Shown here one piece after another: positions 12,349 to 26,511 of a stretch of DNA of 64,000 nt (the stretch's first letter is position 1; each line of letters opens with the position of its first letter). Origin of the DNA: Utricularia gibba (Eukaryota; Plantae; Magnoliophyta); the NCBI GenBank assembly GCA_002189035.1, contig NEEC01000016.1, positions 496,001-560,000 on the forward strand, written 5' to 3'. Under the pieces are notes generated by a model, which was given only the letters and a program-made list of their open reading frames with translations, did no database searches and was not told where the DNA came from. Both the position numbers and the translations under genes were made by a program.

Positions 12349-14338
12349 ATCCTCTCTTATTCTCCTAGAAGGAAAAACAAAGAGTTAGCAAGAGGCTGGA
12401 TGCAAATCACAGTTTATCATTGCATCAGAATCCACTAAAAACGCCATGGCATTTGGAGTTGGGGGGGTATCATTTTCAAAGCATAAAATGAGGTAGAGTG
12501 TGTAAGATTAGGAGCTCGAATCCTCAAAGTCACTCTGTGTTTACCTCTATTTCAGGAATTTTACTTTGCTAAAGATGCACAAATTCTGTAACATTGTGAA
12601 AACAAGCACTTTTGGTATAGTAGAACAGCCTCAGTACACAACGTATAAGGCAAGTGAGAGAAATCCTGAACAACCATCTACCACGAAAAATAAATCCTCG
12701 TAAGATCCTATGGACAAAAGCAAATCCAGAGTTAAATCGAACAGCTAAAAGTTTTGAGACGGAGTCAACCCAAGTACTTTATTCAAACAGGTGAATCACA
12801 AAAACCCATAAACTCAGATGCCGAAATCCTTCGTCTTTTGCAAGATTTTGCAAGTCAACCCTCTAACCTACCACCTTTCTCCGAGCAATGAAGGGACAAA
12901 AGTAGCAAAGAAATCAACCAGGACAACAACCAAAGAAGCTGGAGAAACTTGGTTCAAACCATATTACAAAACGACTCCAATCCCCTAATCACTATCACCA
13001 ATTAGCACCAAAGCAAGCAACTCCACCAATGCTGACAAAACAAACGAAAGATCTCACAACCCTTCAAAAAACCTCACAACCAAGAAATATCACAAACCAA
13101 AAAAGTTGGTAAAGAAATATGCAAGAAAACGGGAGGAGAGAAAATACCCAGAAGCTGAAATCTATAGAAAGCGAAAAAACCAAAGAGATCAAGACCACAA
13201 AAGAGGGTAGGCTTCAATCGCCTTGAAGGATGAGAAAAGTAAAGAAAAATAGAAGCTAAAGCAGCAGCAAGCTTCTGATTTTTCCAAGCCAACGCAGAGA
13301 GCGAACAAGACAGAGAAGTAAAGGGAGGGGGGCGCTGTTTTACTCATGCATCTACCACCTTTTGTTTCAAGTTTCACTCTCAAAAATTATCATGTCCCTA
13401 TTGGGTGGATACAAAAATAAAACCCAAAACATTACCATTCCCGAGAGAGAGAGAGAGAGGGGAGGTTCGGTTCGGTTCGTTGATGGTTGAATACCGAAAA
13501 ATTTTGACTTTCCTCCGCATCTGAACACAGGCTTCCCATCGGACACAACTGCCCCTCCCAGAATCTCCGGAGTCCCTGACTGGACAAAGTCCTCACCTGT
13601 CTTACACATCAACCAACCCAAAATCCTCAGAAATGATGGTGTCCGAAAAGTGGAAAAATATATATATTTCAATGAATTAATTTTAAATTCCTAATTTTTG
13701 AATAGTATGGTTTTGCTCTCAAGGGTAGTTTGGGTAATCCAGAAGGGCTTTTATGTCATTTACTTAGGCATCAGTTACACTCCCAGGCCAACAGTTTTTT
13801 TTGGTTCTTTCAGGGAACAGTTAGATGGGATGGCCTTTCCATTATTAGTTATCAAAACTCCGCCAGGCTGGCCTGCCCAATCCTACCACTTTTAGCCTCC
13901 CGCCCCCCATTAATGCCCTCCCAACCCTAACCTACATTATTACAACAATTAATTAATTAATCATCTTGTAGCTGTAGCAGCAGCAGCATACTTTCCCTCC
14001 TTCCATGTTTCATTTGCATGGAAAATCAGTTGACACTTGATTCCAACAACCCCTCATGACTCAACTCATCTTCCAGGTGCAGTTCACGTTTGGGGATAAC
14101 AAACAACACCTCCTGTGCCTGCAAATCTTGTCTCCAGGCTGCTTTGAGTTGTCAGTCACCTTCTTCGTATACTTGAGCTGCCCAACTCAAGTCTCCTGCT
14201 CTAAAATGATCACATGGTTAGGATCTACTGGGAGTGTCTTGCTCTGGCATCACTGACTGCTCCTTCAGTTTTCTGCACAATCAAGGGAGTAGTAAGCAAG
14301 CTTGTCATGGGGTGTTAATGGCTCAGGGATGAGAAGGG

Positions 14339-16603
14339 TCACCTGTGTTTTAGTGTGATGAGGGACATTGGTCTCTCGTAGCCACCTTCCTTGTCCTTTT
14401 CTTGCCGCTTTGGTTTTCCTGCATTTCTGGGCTCTGGCTTCCAGCATGCGTTGATCAGGGATTCACCTAACAACTGGACAATGCTGGTGGACATTGTCTC
14501 AGCTTTCTCGACGAAAGGGAACCTTTCCTCCTCCAACTGGTTGGATAACCATAAGTACATGGACAAAACAAGATACCTCAACTCAAGGTCCAAAAGCTCG
14601 GTATCGTTGCGAGCAGCGCCTCTGGGCATGCCCATGGCAATGGAAACTGGTTGCTTCTGTGCATACGAAGAAGCAAACTTTTGAAGATGATACATTGCTT
14701 TGGGGTCCCTTGTGTTTACTGGAGCAAAGCAAAAATTGAAGCGGTCATGTAGAGATAATCCTGGTATTCGCTCCAACATGTTAGCAATCTTTCGAATGTG
14801 TAAGTTCTGGCATAGGAAATAAGAACCATCAACCTTGCAGCTGTCACTGAATTTCTCGAGAATCTTTGCAAACCTCATGTCTGGAAGCTGGGATGCAAAG
14901 AGCTCGACCTGCCCAAATGCAGGAAACAGCCCAACTCTCTTGACTTCATCAAAAGGTTTCTTTAGGCATTCAATCAGGTAGTCCAAATCTTCAAGATGAA
15001 GGGTGGTGGTTAAACCATCAGGATAACGGCTTCCTCTTCGACCTGCTCTCCCGGCGATCTGCTTCACCAGTGATGCAGGGACCGGGACGATTGAATCACC
15101 ATTGTATTTAGAGAGGCTGTAGAAGACAATTCTTCGAATATTTAAATTCAAACCCATTCCAACTGCATCACTTGCAACTAGAACATCAAACTCATTGTCT
15201 TGATTGTTGAATAGAGATGCTTGATGACGACGAGTCTCTGGTGGCAAGGCGCCATATATTATGCAACAACGATGGCTGGTTAACTTTTCAATCACCAACT
15301 TCACTTCAAATATTTCTTTTCTCGAAAATGCAACAATGCAGTCCCCAGACTTCACATTTTTCAGGTCCCCTAGAAGGGTCTTTGCTTCAACAACAAGAGG
15401 CTTAAATCTCTCATAGTGATGTTCAACTAGTTCATCCCCAGTATCAGCACAAATCTTCCTTATTATATTCAAAACGCTAGGATCACCACACACATGTATC
15501 TCATCAGCCTTCAGTCCCAGCAGTGCTCGAGTCCAAGCATAGCCTCTGCATGAATCAGCCATCATCTGAATCTCGTCAATCACAGCCACATCATACAGCT
15601 CATCCGTCGAGACCATCTCAACAGTACAGGCAACATGACTAGAGAAGGGAAAAAACTTCTTTTCTTGGCCAGTAAGAAGACTGCAATAAACACCCTTTGC
15701 ATTTACCCTATCAAAAACCTCCATTGCCAGCAACCTCAGAGGGCTGCAATACACACCTTTCTTTGCTTCCATAAATCTCTGCAGCGCATTATATGTTTTT
15801 CCACTATTCGTTGGCCCACAATGATAAATTATCTTCCGTTTCATCGCCCTTGCAAACGGGAACCAAGTGTGAGGCTTAGTCATGTCTGCAGACTCTACCA
15901 ATTTCCTGAATCTCTTGATTTCATCAGGAAACTCGTCTATACAAAACTCTACAAAAATGGGGAACAAAAACATATCAGCCTGACGACCAGGTCCTAGAGA
16001 CAGCATATACTTAACCAATTCATTATTGCACCTCTTCAAGAAAAAACTGCCGAACTTCTGAGCTGCAAGAGGGAAAAATTGTGAGCCAATATAAGCAGCA
16101 AGTGCTTGGTTGGACGCCCAACCCGATTGGGAAAAACCTCGAAGTATCTGAATCAAAGTATCACGGTCACAAGATTCCTTTTTAGAAGAAGATGAGCCCT
16201 TAAGCTCTTTATATACTTCCACAGGATCTTGATTAGATATTTTGGAAAAATTCAATCCTCCCGCGGCTGGCCTTGGAGTCCCAATTCCAGACTCGTTAAT
16301 TTCAACAGACTCCGCTACAAGTTCACAACTTTCAGGGGATTCTAAAATTGGTTTTTCGTTCTCCAAGACAGTGCAGAAAAATTGCTTGTGTAACGTACCA
16401 TGTAAACCGCCAAACTGCGCCCGCGGGGTAGAGCAAATAGAACGCAAGTCCGAAAATGAAGAGGAAGGGAAAGAGCAAAGCAAATATCTTGAAGAGCCGG
16501 AATCATGCAAAAAACGACAGGGATGCACACTTCTACATACCAATATACTCTTATTCTTACAAAAATATACATGAAGCAGCCGTCTTGCTGCCCCTTTTCC
16601 CAT
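14339..16603 (-). CDS. SUV3L: Mitochondrial SUV3-like DExH RNA helicase (DExH18 type), single exon, ~754 aa
   Basis: GPTNSGKT Walker [31 protein letters not shown] and QIAGRAGR motifs; N-terminal presequence-like [10 protein letters not shown]. Confidence 0.93.
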   Translation of the reverse strand: MGKGAARRLLHVYFCKNKSILVCRSVHPCRFLHDSGSSRYLLCSFPSSSFSDLRSICSTPRAQFGGLHGTLHKQFFCTVLENEKPILESPESCELVAESVEINESGIGTPRPAAGGLNFSKISNQDPVEVYKELKGSSSSKKESCDRDTLIQILRGFSQSGWASNQALAAYIGSQFFPLAAQKFGSFFLKRCNNELVKYMLSLGPGRQADMFLFPIFVEFCIDEFPDEIKRFRKLVESADMTKPHTWFPFARAMKRKIIYHCGPTNSGKTYNALQRFMEAKKGVYCSPLRLLAMEVFDRVNAKGVYCSLLTGQEKKFFPFSSHVACTVEMVSTDELYDVAVIDEIQMMADSCRGYAWTRALLGLKADEIHVCGDPSVLNIIRKICADTGDELVEHHYERFKPLVVEAKTLLGDLKNVKSGDCIVAFSRKEIFEVKLVIEKLTSHRCCIIYGALPPETRRHQASLFNNQDNEFDVLVASDAVGMGLNLNIRRIVFYSLSKYNGDSIVPVPASLVKQIAGRAGRRGSRYPDGLTTTLHLEDLDYLIECLKKPFDEVKRVGLFPAFGQVELFASQLPDMRFAKILEKFSDSCKVDGSYFLCQNLHIRKIANMLERIPGLSLHDRFNFCFAPVNTRDPKAMYHLQKFASSYAQKQPVSIAMGMPRGAARNDTELLDLELRYLVLSMYLWLSNQLEEERFPFVEKAETMSTSIVQLLGESLINACWKPEPRNAGKPKRQEKDKEGGYERPMSLITLKHR

Positions 16604-18502
16604 CGTAACTCCTAACACAAGAAAACGGAGACGACAACGATACCTAGTCTTCAAACCCCAAAGAGGTGGGAGGGGAGAGAGAACGAAGCTTTCAACCCTG
16701 CCGTAAAAAGAATGAAGAAATACAGCCCATAGGAGACAGCATGGCCTGGTAATGAAAACTCCTCCACTAACTCGCCGGAGCGACCATTTCTCGGCCGCGA
16801 AAAAACGGTCTGTTTAAAGGCCATCGGTAGGGATGCAAGTCGTGCCCTAAGAATGCCCGATGGGCCAGCTCTGTTAGTATTTTCAGTATATAAAAAAATC
16901 AAATACTTAAGAACGATTTGATTTAAAATGAAAAATAAATTACAATCTAATTTAATTAATATTAATAAATAGGATAATATTCACATTTAAAATAATATAT
17001 TTGACTAAAAATAATTAAAACGTGATGAAATTTGAATATTCATATAAAAATATAAAAGAAATATTAATTTTCATGATATTCCAAAATATGAATAAGATTA
17101 TCAAATTCATATTTTTATAATTTAAATTCTTACTAAATAATAGCTTCCAAATTTTAACATTTATATCAAATAAAATATTTCATTTAATTTATATCAAATT
17201 CATACAATTAAGTACTATTACACTCTTATTGAATTTCAATTTTACATACACAATATTTTTGGTACGTTAAAAGTTTATTCTTACCAACTTATAACGAGTT
17301 ACGAAACACTTTCATGACCTAATGTGATAAATTTGAAATGAACTTCATGATCAACTCAGAATGAGTTTCGAAATGAAGCATACATATTTTAAATTTGATC
17401 TAATAAGACTATACTCATTTCGTAAACAATTTGATCTTAATAATAAAACTTTCATGAATGATTTCAAGAATATGAAATTTTTCAATGATAAATATGAATA
17501 CATAATATAACATACAATAGCACGAGGGAAATGAAACGTGTTAGATGTAGAAAAGTAAATAGAGGAAATGAGTATTGAGAAAAATCAACTTTAATATATA
17601 AACGAATAGTTAATAATATATCATCTACTATAAAGAATTTAAATTCAACTATAAGTGCTATCTTATGTTGCGTACGACTAATATACAGTATTTGCATAAT
17701 CAGTTTATCATATTTTGATCAAACGCAAAAAGGTTGAGATAGATTATGTGCTCAATGGAAAATGTGAGAATAGTCGAAATATATTGCATAATAAATATAA
17801 TAAAAAAATATAAATATTATCTCATACATCATATTCATACTCTTGATTATATAGAATCAAAAAAATAATTAACGTTTTAAACAATATGGATTCTCGTCAC
17901 TATTAGAAAAAGTATGATTTATGTGTTACTAGTGGATATTAATATGAATAAATAATAATATTTAATAAGTAAAACTCGTATCATGAATAATTATTCTATT
18001 AAATAAGTATTATTTAGATTTATTAATGCTAATATATCTAGTTATTTTATTTAAACAATATTGAAAGATCAATAATAATAATAATATCATCGTATTGTAC
18101 GACAGCAGCAGCTCCTAGGATTGTGAAGGCGCCAACTGTTTCGACATGGATGAGGGGTTTTGTCGGTACCTGATACGCGGGATATACCCACTGCTTTCCC
18201 ACTTCCTTTTCTTTTTCTTTATTTTTTATTTTTTTTTATTTTTCCCATGGTATTACAATTTGTTCGGATTTAAGGAAAATAAAAATGGAAAAGTACACGC
18301 GTCAAAACATGACTCGTCCTTCTAGAAAACTCCGACGCTTTTACGTCTCTGGGTCGGCACGCCGGAATGGGAGAAGAGAAATATCCGGGAATTAGGAATG
18401 GATATATAGCGTCATTGCACTCGTCAGCATCCCCTCCTACAAAAACCGGCGGAGAAAATCTCCCAACATTTCAAATTTGTTGATTCAACTGGAAATTCTC
18501 TA

Positions 18503-19155
18503 ATGTCAATGGCGTGCAACGTCGCCCCGAACCCTAATTCACCCGTTTTCGTCCTTTCCAGCTCCAGTCGAGCCGCGAAGGCTACCAATGTCTGCTCCGT
18601 TTCCTTCCCTGCCGTAGCCGGAAAGCGGAGCATCCACCAACACGCATTTAGAGTGCGGCGGCCTATGATCGTGGCTTCTTACGCGCCACCGCGGAGCGAG
18701 GAGTCGCTGTACCAACTACTCGGGATTTCGGAAACGGAGAGCAGCCCCTCCGACATCAAGAAGGCGTTCAAGAGAATGGCGATGAAATATCATCCCGACG
18801 TCTCTCCTCCGGACCGCGTCGAAGAGAACACCAAGAGGTTCGTGATGGTGAAGGAAGCGTACGAGACTCTGTCGAATCCGCAACAGAGAGCTCTGTACGA
18901 TCAGGATCTGGCTCACGGATCTCGGTTCGGGTTCCCGCACAGGAAAAATCACCATTATTCTCAGGTATGCCTCTATTTCGATCCTATTTCCATCCCATGG
19001 CCTGGATTTGGCGATTAATGTATTGAAATTCATGGAATCTGCAGAGGACGGAAGAAGCAGGGGACTGGAAAACCAGGTGGCAATCTCAACTCGATGGATT
19101 GAAACGCCGGAGTGCCGTTCGCGAGGCTTCCGGAAGAAGACGAAACAAACCGTAA
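18503..19155 (+). CDS. J20: Chloroplast J-domain chaperone J20-like; exons 18503-18966 and 19045-19155
   Basis: Ser-rich transit peptide, J domain with KYHPDVSPPDRVEE...EAYETLS; second exon RTEEAGDWKTRWQSQLDGLKRRS resembles the J20 C-terminus. Confidence 0.85.
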
Positions 19156-19640
19156 GGCGATACAACCAACCACTCTCCCGGTGTCAAGTAATTAGCGCAG
19201 AAGAGCGGTGGATTAAGGTAGAGGATTAGCGTGTAATTAGCGTTTGTTCCTTTGGCTTCTGTACTAATGTAAAACATTTACATTTTGATACAAAGACAAA
19301 AATAGCCCTTCGGTGTATTTTCTGTATTCTTTAATACTTTTGTAAAGTAAATTTCTCTGAAAATAAAAGAGGAAAAGCAACACTGTGTGCTGTGCTATGG
19401 TGGTCGGATCCAGGTGTGCCACGCGTCCGGCTGGTGTGCTAATCTACGACGACAAGTGGTTCGCCTATCTTGGTCGGGGGTGCGGGGATGGACTTTCGGG
19501 GTAATGTCTGATGATGAAGTCTTAACTGTGGATGGGGCTTTTTCTCGCACAGCTACAGGTCGTCATCTTGTGGCTTTCTTTTGTAAAACGATCGGCCAGT
19601 TAGAGTGTGGGTTGAGAGATTTTGTTTGGTTCTTGGAGCC

Positions 19641-21938
19641 ATGGCGGAACAGTCCTCTGATTCCTCGCCGTTGGTGGCTCCGGATCCGGTGGCCGGCCCA
19701 TCCGAGATTGACCTCGAGGCAGGTCCGGATGAGCAAATTCAGTGTCGAATTTGCCTAGAGACTGACGGTAAGGCGTCTCAATTCTGGTCAAACTATGATT
19801 TGAGGGTTTGTTTTGGCTGTCGGGGTCTTTCCTCTTTTGCCTTGTCGGGTGTGTTCTGTAGTTCTGTTAGTTGGTTAGCCCAGCTCTGTGTCTGCGAAGT
19901 TTATTGATGCGTGGGGATTGTTCATAATGAGCATTACCTAAGATACAGTGGGTAAAATGAAAAGTATGCCAGTTAATTAACACTGTCTGTGTGTTCCTTA
20001 CCAGGAAGAGACTTTATTGCTCCTTGCAAGTGCAAGGGAACATCCAGATATGTTCACAGAGAATGTTTGGACCATTGGCGTGCAGTGAGGGTACGGTTTG
20101 TTAGCGCATTGAATTCGAAAATAATTGGCCAATCCTATTTCTTTGATCTTCTTCATTGTAATCATTCTTAAGATCTAAGTATGATGGCCACTGCTGTCAT
20201 GTTTTCCTTTAGGTGCTTTTCATGCATTGTTCTAATCTCGTATTGGGTCGCGGAAGATGCAGGATGTTTCTTTCAGTTTTTCAATATATGCCTTTCATGT
20301 GTCTTTTAGTTCACTCTGAAGTTTTTCTTTGGTTATTGGTTTCCTCCTGTCTTGCAGGAAGGATTTGCGTTTGCTCATTGTACAACTTGCAAAGCTCCTT
20401 ATTATTTGCGAGTACATGTAGCTGCTGACAGAAAATGGCGGGCATTAAAGTTTCGGTTTTTTGTCACTAGAGATATTCTTTTTATCTTCTTCGCTATGCA
20501 AATGGTGGGTTATGACGTTCTCATTCAATTTATTTTCTTTTTTTTTTCGTTGCACTGGCAGTTTTTTTATTTGTATGTCTTGTAAAATAAAAAGTTCTTC
20601 GTGAAGCGAATTTTCTATCTCATGTTTTAGGAGTGATAACAACCGTGTGGTGCAGGTTATTTCGTTATTGGCATATTTGGTCTATCATATTGATCGATAC
20701 CAGGAGTTTTGGCTTCACAAAGCCTGGCATTTTGATGGCGTGCTGAGCTTCTACTATATTTTTGGTAATGTATCAAAGCTTCTAATCATATAGATAACGA
20801 GTCCAACTCTTGATCGCACTATCTATCCATTCCTGTTGTGCAGGGGTATTGCTATTTTTTGCTTTGCTTGGTCTGTCTGGGTGTTTTATAACTTGCTATG
20901 ATAGAAGAGTTCGAAATGATTTGGCCCAACCTTGTCGAGAGCTATGTCTTTGCTGCTGCCGACCTGGGTAAACAATCCATCTGTGCATTGCATTTTATTT
21001 CAGAGCATGTCCAATATACTATTTTTCTGTGCTCATTACTTGGAGAGTGTGATATGTAATGATTGTTATTTCTTCTAGTGTTATTTGAGTCTCCTTTCCA
21101 GAGATTGGATGAGAACCCTTCAGGAATAGTTATGAAGGAGGGAAACATTCATTTTAATACTGATGCCAAGTATGCTTCCCATTGGTATATGATGTGATGA
21201 TGTTATTTCGTTTCTAGCTATTAGATCCAAGAGTAATATGCTGAGAGATCCCATTCTTGAATTGATTTTGATTCGTTCCTCTATTTTTCATTTTGCAAAA
21301 AAGTTCGTTTTGTACTTCGAAATCTTCATTCCTGATGGATGTTATATCTGCTACACTACATTCTTTGCCTCCATTCTGTCACTCGTTGTATTGATCCAAT
21401 TATTATGCTTTCTGCATCTCCCTCTCGCTACATCTTTTTTCTCCATCGTTGCAGCATTGATTGCCACTTGCCAGGCACCATATGCATGTGGACCGACTGC
21501 ACCACATGCTTCGAAAGTTTCACAACTGGAGTGGGTGAATGCGGCTGCCTGGGAGGTGCTGGAGAAGCAGGATTGCCGATTCTTGCCATAGCAGCAATAG
21601 TCGTGCTTGGTTTATTCACCGTCGTGGGCATATTCTACAGCGTCCTGGTCGCCACGATGGTGGGCCAAAGGATTTGGCAGCGCCACTACCACATTCTTGC
21701 CAAGCGAATGCTTACCAAGGTAAGGCGCCTTTCTTCTCCCCTCCCTCCACTGATGCCAAGTCCATCACTGTGCTACGTCATGCCGAAGCTTCTGTCTGAT
21801 GACATATATATTATACACATTTCTCTGTAGGAGTACGTCGTGGAGGACGTTGATGGCCAGAACTCCTCTGCCGACTGGTCGCCTCCTGCTCTGCCTCCCG
21901 AGCATGTTCAACAGCTGAAGGCTCTCGGACTTCTCTAA
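19641..21938 (+). CDS. RING-CH (RINGv/MARCH-like) transmembrane E3 ligase, multi-exon
   Basis: CRICLETDG|RDFIAPCKCKGTSRYVHRECLDHWR|EGFAFAHCTTC, TM segments, Cys-rich region, RIWQRHYHILAKRMLTK|EYVVEDVD...LPPEHVQQLKALGLL*. Confidence 0.9.
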
Positions 21939-22404
21939 CCCCAAGGACTCAGGTTTAGTCCCATGTTGGTAGTTGCCTGTCCCTGTTTGTGCACTTCATG
22001 AATACTCAGTGATTACATGTGATAGAAGAACAAACGAGTAAACAGAACTTCAGGCTACTTGTATCCAGTTACAGCCTACCTGTTTCTAGATGTGTGGATT
22101 GACATGACATGGAGATAACAAAGCATTTCAACTGCCAAGTGTCTGTTTTCCTGATGTGAGAAGATGATCAGTTCTCACAGTTCATGAATTTTAGTGAATC
22201 TAAGTCGTTTATTTTTCTAAACCGGATAAGAACTCTAGAAAGATGATTGGTTGGGTACACCACTGCTCACTTCCATGCCCAAGCTTCAATGGTGGATGTG
22301 CATAAAACAAGAAATGGCGTAAGCAGTTGGTTCCTGATGGCTCACATCTCGAGTTGACCTGTTTCAGGACAAGCTAACACCTTTAATTTGTAGTGTAACT
22401 GCTG

Positions 22405-22814
22405 TTACAGACATCTCTGCAGCAAACTGTGGTGAAAAGTGCAGGACACCATTAAAACGCGTTCATCGCTGCCATCCAGGTCCTCGTCACCCACCTCCAC
22501 CGTTATCACGGTGGCCCGGCGAGAGGACCCGTCACGGCACGGCGGAGGAGCCACGCGTCCACGCATTCCCTGTGGAAAGTGTGACTGCATCGGAGTTTCC
22601 TCAGCTCATCCCCACGCTGATACACCTTCAAGCAAACTGGGCACTCGGGTGGCTCCTCCCCCGCGATCTACTCGTCAAAGAGCTCGACGGAACCCGCAAC
22701 GGTCGATGCTCTGTTAGCTCCGGTGATGAACAGTGCCAATCGGAGGAGGAGAATGGTGAAGGATAGCACTGCTCTCGCACAAAAATGGAGCAATATTTGA
22801 ACCAGAGATGCCAT
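22405..22814 (-). pseudogene. Decayed intronless RING-H2 E3 ligase gene with N-terminal hydrophobic segment
   Basis: ATG at 22814 reads MASLVQILLHFCARAVLSFTILLLRLALF...DE*(TAG 22670-22668)IAGEEPPECPVCLKVYQRGDELRKLRCSHTFHRECVDAWLLRRAVTGPL; then a 1-nt loss near 22520 where C-R is expected, continuing as RATVITVEVGD...RCL*. Confidence 0.75.
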
Positions 22815-23187
22815 CACACCTCACCCTTGCCCAGTGAGGAGACCAATAAATGCTTCTCTTATGCAAGAAGACTGCTGAGACACCTACACCACAATATGTA
22901 GACACATGCAACACTTCCCAGTCAAAACCCTTGAGCAAGGCCGCTGCGTTGTGGGCGCTGCTCATTCATGCGTATGGGTGCAGGCAGCATTAGAAAATCC
23001 TCATCAATGGCAGGGCATTCATCTGCTACAAGGTAGTTGTGAAGTCATTCTTTCATACTGCTTTATAGAAAAAATGCATATGTTACTATGGTTTCTGAAT
23101 AATGGTGTCTTTGTCTCAGAATATAATAGACTAGCAGCAGTTATGCCGTGGTCCATGGACTTGTTCTGTTTACATTTGTCAGGTGAT

Positions 23188-24926
23188 TCAACCTGCAGCA
23201 GCAATGTGATGAAGCAAAGCCTCCAGGTCCGACAATCTTCATGAAACGAGTCCTTGTTTCAGTGAAAAAGGTGGCAAAAGAAAGATGGATTTTTTTCGGT
23301 CCTGAGTGAAAAACTAGCTCGTTCTTACCTGATGTTGCCCAGATCAGGGTACACTGCAGCTGCTTGTTTGAAATCCTGTTTTCCAGATGCAAGGGCAGAT
23401 GCGGAACACTGTGGAAAATGGTGGTTTTGAGAAGAAAACAAACCTGGCTGGCTGTGGATGATGTAAAGGAGATCACACAAGACATTCCTGCTCCAGTTGC
23501 AGCCTGCAACAGCAACAGCAGCAACGAGTGTGTATGAGACAGTCAGGCAACTGCGGCCATGGATATACATGTTATTGTTCAGATAAAACTGAGTAGATCT
23601 TGCGGGTGAACCTGCAGGCCGATGACACTATCTTCTACCACAATGCAATCCTTCTCGGATACACCGAGTCGCTGTGATCATGGGGTGGGGATCAGAAACA
23701 GATCACTGGAATAACACCTGAATGGTTAGTGGTAGCAACCTTGGCAGCAGTTATGTAAATTGAAGGATCAGGTTTCTTTTCCTTGACATCATCTCCTGCA
23801 GGGAAGTCAATTCGGCATTGTTTTTGCTTTGGTGGTAACTGGGAAATACAAGTCCTTTTGATTTACCTGCGAGGAAGCAATCGAGGTTTTGGAACCGCTC
23901 CTGCAAGGAATTCAGATGCAGTGCTACTGAGGAGGATGTGGTTAGCTCAGGGAAGAGGAAAATGCAGAGGTAAGAGTGTTTTCACCATCCCGATCAGATT
24001 TTCCAAGCACAGGATAACTGAACTTTTAGTTGCAGCAGAGCAAACGGCTAGCTTCTTACCCTTACAGCAAGAATCAAAAGAAAGAAATCAATGCTGGCAT
24101 GCCTAACATCAATAGTTGATCATGATCAAACTTACAGAAGCCTTTGCCTCGTCCATTAACCTCAAAACTCCGGGCCGAGGTTCAACCTGTTCCATTTCAA
24201 CAGCATTGCTTGCCTGAATTCTGATAATTGGAAAAGCATGCATACAGAAGACTACACTTCTTCACTTCAAAAGAATAGCAGTTGTTCACTTACTGTTCCT
24301 GACTTGATTATCTCTTTGTACCTCTCTGTTTTCCAATCCTGCATCATTTCCCTCCATTAATGATGGGCTGTAGTTGCAGATACAAGAAGCGCAAAAGATG
24401 TTGAAAGACCCCATCCATACATTTGACAAACCTGAATGACATCAATCAGTTTTGCTCTATCTTCATCGTTCTCCGGGGATGAGCTGAAAATGGTCGAAGT
24501 CGGCCATCCATACTCTTTGAAGTACCTTGAAATTCAAAGCAAGAAGAAGAAGAAGATACAGGACTGAAAATCGGATACCCCATCGAGAATTACAAACCAT
24601 CTCATTTTGGGTTTTCCGCCGCCTATCCGATTTTGAAGTTCATCGTAGAACTCGGGGTCCCAGGTAAGCACCTGACTGGAAACGCAGCGAACGTCGAAAT
24701 GGACGAAGGCGTCGTTGTAAGCTTCACGGTGGAGGTGTTCCGACTCAAGAATCACGCCATCGCAATCGAATATCAGAGCCTCCAGAGCCGCCCGCGGCGA
24801 AGTAGAGAGGCGTCGGTATCTAATGGGTCTCGAAAATGGGGCGAAGCAGAAGTTGATTCCGCCGCCGCGGAGAGATGGGGCGAGACGAATTGGGGGCGTA
24901 AGGCGAACCGCAGCCGCAGAAGCCAT
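23188..24926 (-). CDS. Plastid HAD-like hydrolase (CbbY-like, At4g39970 type), ~10 exons
   Basis: LEALIFDCDGVILESEHLHREAYNDAF, GGGKPKMRW|YFKEYGWPTS, VEPRPGVLRLMDEAK, GDDVKEKKPDPSIY, VVEDSVIGLQ|AATGAGM; ends LSDLEALLHHIAAAG*. Confidence 0.92.
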
Positions 24927-26040
24927 GGCTGAAGATGATCCCACGGATGTGGCGGAGGAGACGCTTCTTGCTCTCTGTTAAGTTAAAAAATGCAGGTGAC
25001 ATAGTAAAGGGCTGTCTTTTCACCATCACAAAGACCAAGCACCCAACAAATTTGAGCCGTAAAAGAAGGATGCCGTCAACTGACTCCCACACAGCAAAGC
25101 ATATCACCAACCAATGGTTGAAGGTCTCTGAAACAGCCCACAACTTTCAGATCTGAATGCTTTTAAACAGTGCATTTCAGGTCACAGCGGATTACCCGGC
25201 GAGCAAACATACATGATCCTCGAGGAGTGAATTGTACTGAACATCATTTTGCTGTGGAGAGATTCACAGAGGGAATGGAGACCACCCACATAACCAGACT
25301 GTTTGACATACCTATTTCACCACCTGGGCTGCAACCTTTTGACAGAGGAAACCATAGTACAGAAGTAAAGCCATTGTTGCCCATCGGTCTAAGAAGAAGG
25401 AAGATATCAAGATTCAGGGCAGGAAAAAAAATGGGCCAGCAACATATGAACACAAATTGACGACGATTCGATCATCTTCGTCCCCAAACGCACAAACTCA
25501 ACTGAGAGTAACCCCACATCATTCAATCCGTCCACACCTCACGTCAGAGGAATCGACCCGTCGCCGCGCAGACACCCCACAACCAAGAACAAACAAATTT
25601 TGTATTTTTAAATTGATGACGCCGGATTCCGGCGTATGTATCTTGTGAAAAGGCTGATTGGACTGATCATCTTCCTTCATCGGTAGGAATAGTGTATACT
25701 TTAGACGGTCTACAGATGATTCCCATTTCCTTTACCGACAACCACGTGGGGTATGTGAAGATCCCGAGATGATAAGAAGAGGAGGAAGAAGAAGAGGAAG
25801 AGGAAGAGACGTGAGTTCGAAGCAGGGAATAAAAATTGGAACATCCAAATATTTCATTCCCAGACAAATCAAATCACCGACCGGAGACTCTGTACCATCT
25901 CGACGATGAGTCTCCCCGGCCCCCGACATGTTTCAATCCGACGATTCCCAATGTACTAAAAACATGACATTTCCAAGTAATAATAATAAACAGAGAGGTG
26001 TAGTAAGATCGTGGGGTTCAAGATTCCGAATTTGTTGACA

Positions 26041-26511
26041 TCAGGGATTGTACACATGGCTGCCGCATCTACACTTCCATCCCAGCGGCTTGTAATTCGA
26101 GTACCTGTTTCCGGGCAACGGGTAAAAGTAGTCCGCCGGCAACTTTTCCATGACGGCGGTGGGTTCCGGCCGCAGACGCCGGTTGCCCGTTGGCATAGAA
26201 GGCACTTGAACTGCGTAGCACGGGTGGCACTGGTTACATTTGTTGTGGCAGCTCGGCGGCCGTGACCCCAGTCTCGTCTTCTCCGTCGTCACAAGCCCCT
26301 GCTGCTGACAACAATCATACGTCATGTGACCGCGCTGCACTAAAAAAGAAATCTTAAAAAAAAAACAGAGCCTCGTAGTACCTTGTAGGTGGTTGAGGAA
26401 TGGGCATGGAAGAAGACATGGAGGAAGAAGAAGAAGAACAAGAGTGGAACGAAAAGGGGGAGAGAGGAAGAAGAGGCCACCATTGCTGTTGCTGTTGCTG
26501 TTGCTGTTCAT
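26041..26511 (-). CDS. EPFL1: EPIDERMAL PATTERNING FACTOR-like peptide precursor (EPFL1 type), one intron ~26381-26302
   Basis: Hydrophobic signal-like region, then RLGSRPPSCHNKCNQCHPCYAVQVP...YSNYKPLGWKCRCGSHVYNP* with six conserved Cys. Confidence 0.85.
   Translation of the reverse strand: MNSNSNSNSNGGLFFLSPPFRSTLVLLLLPPCLLPCPFLNHLQGTTRLCFFFKISFLVQRGHMTYDCCQQQGLVTTEKTRLGSRPPSCHNKCNQCHPCYAVQVPSMPTGNRRLRPEPTAVMEKLPADYFYPLPGNRYSNYKPLGWKCRCGSHVYNP

Noticed and set aside
8612-16603. Intronless CDC45 and SUV3L as possible retrogenes
   Set aside because: To my knowledge both are normally single-exon or nearly so in angiosperms; no poly(A) remnant or TSD.
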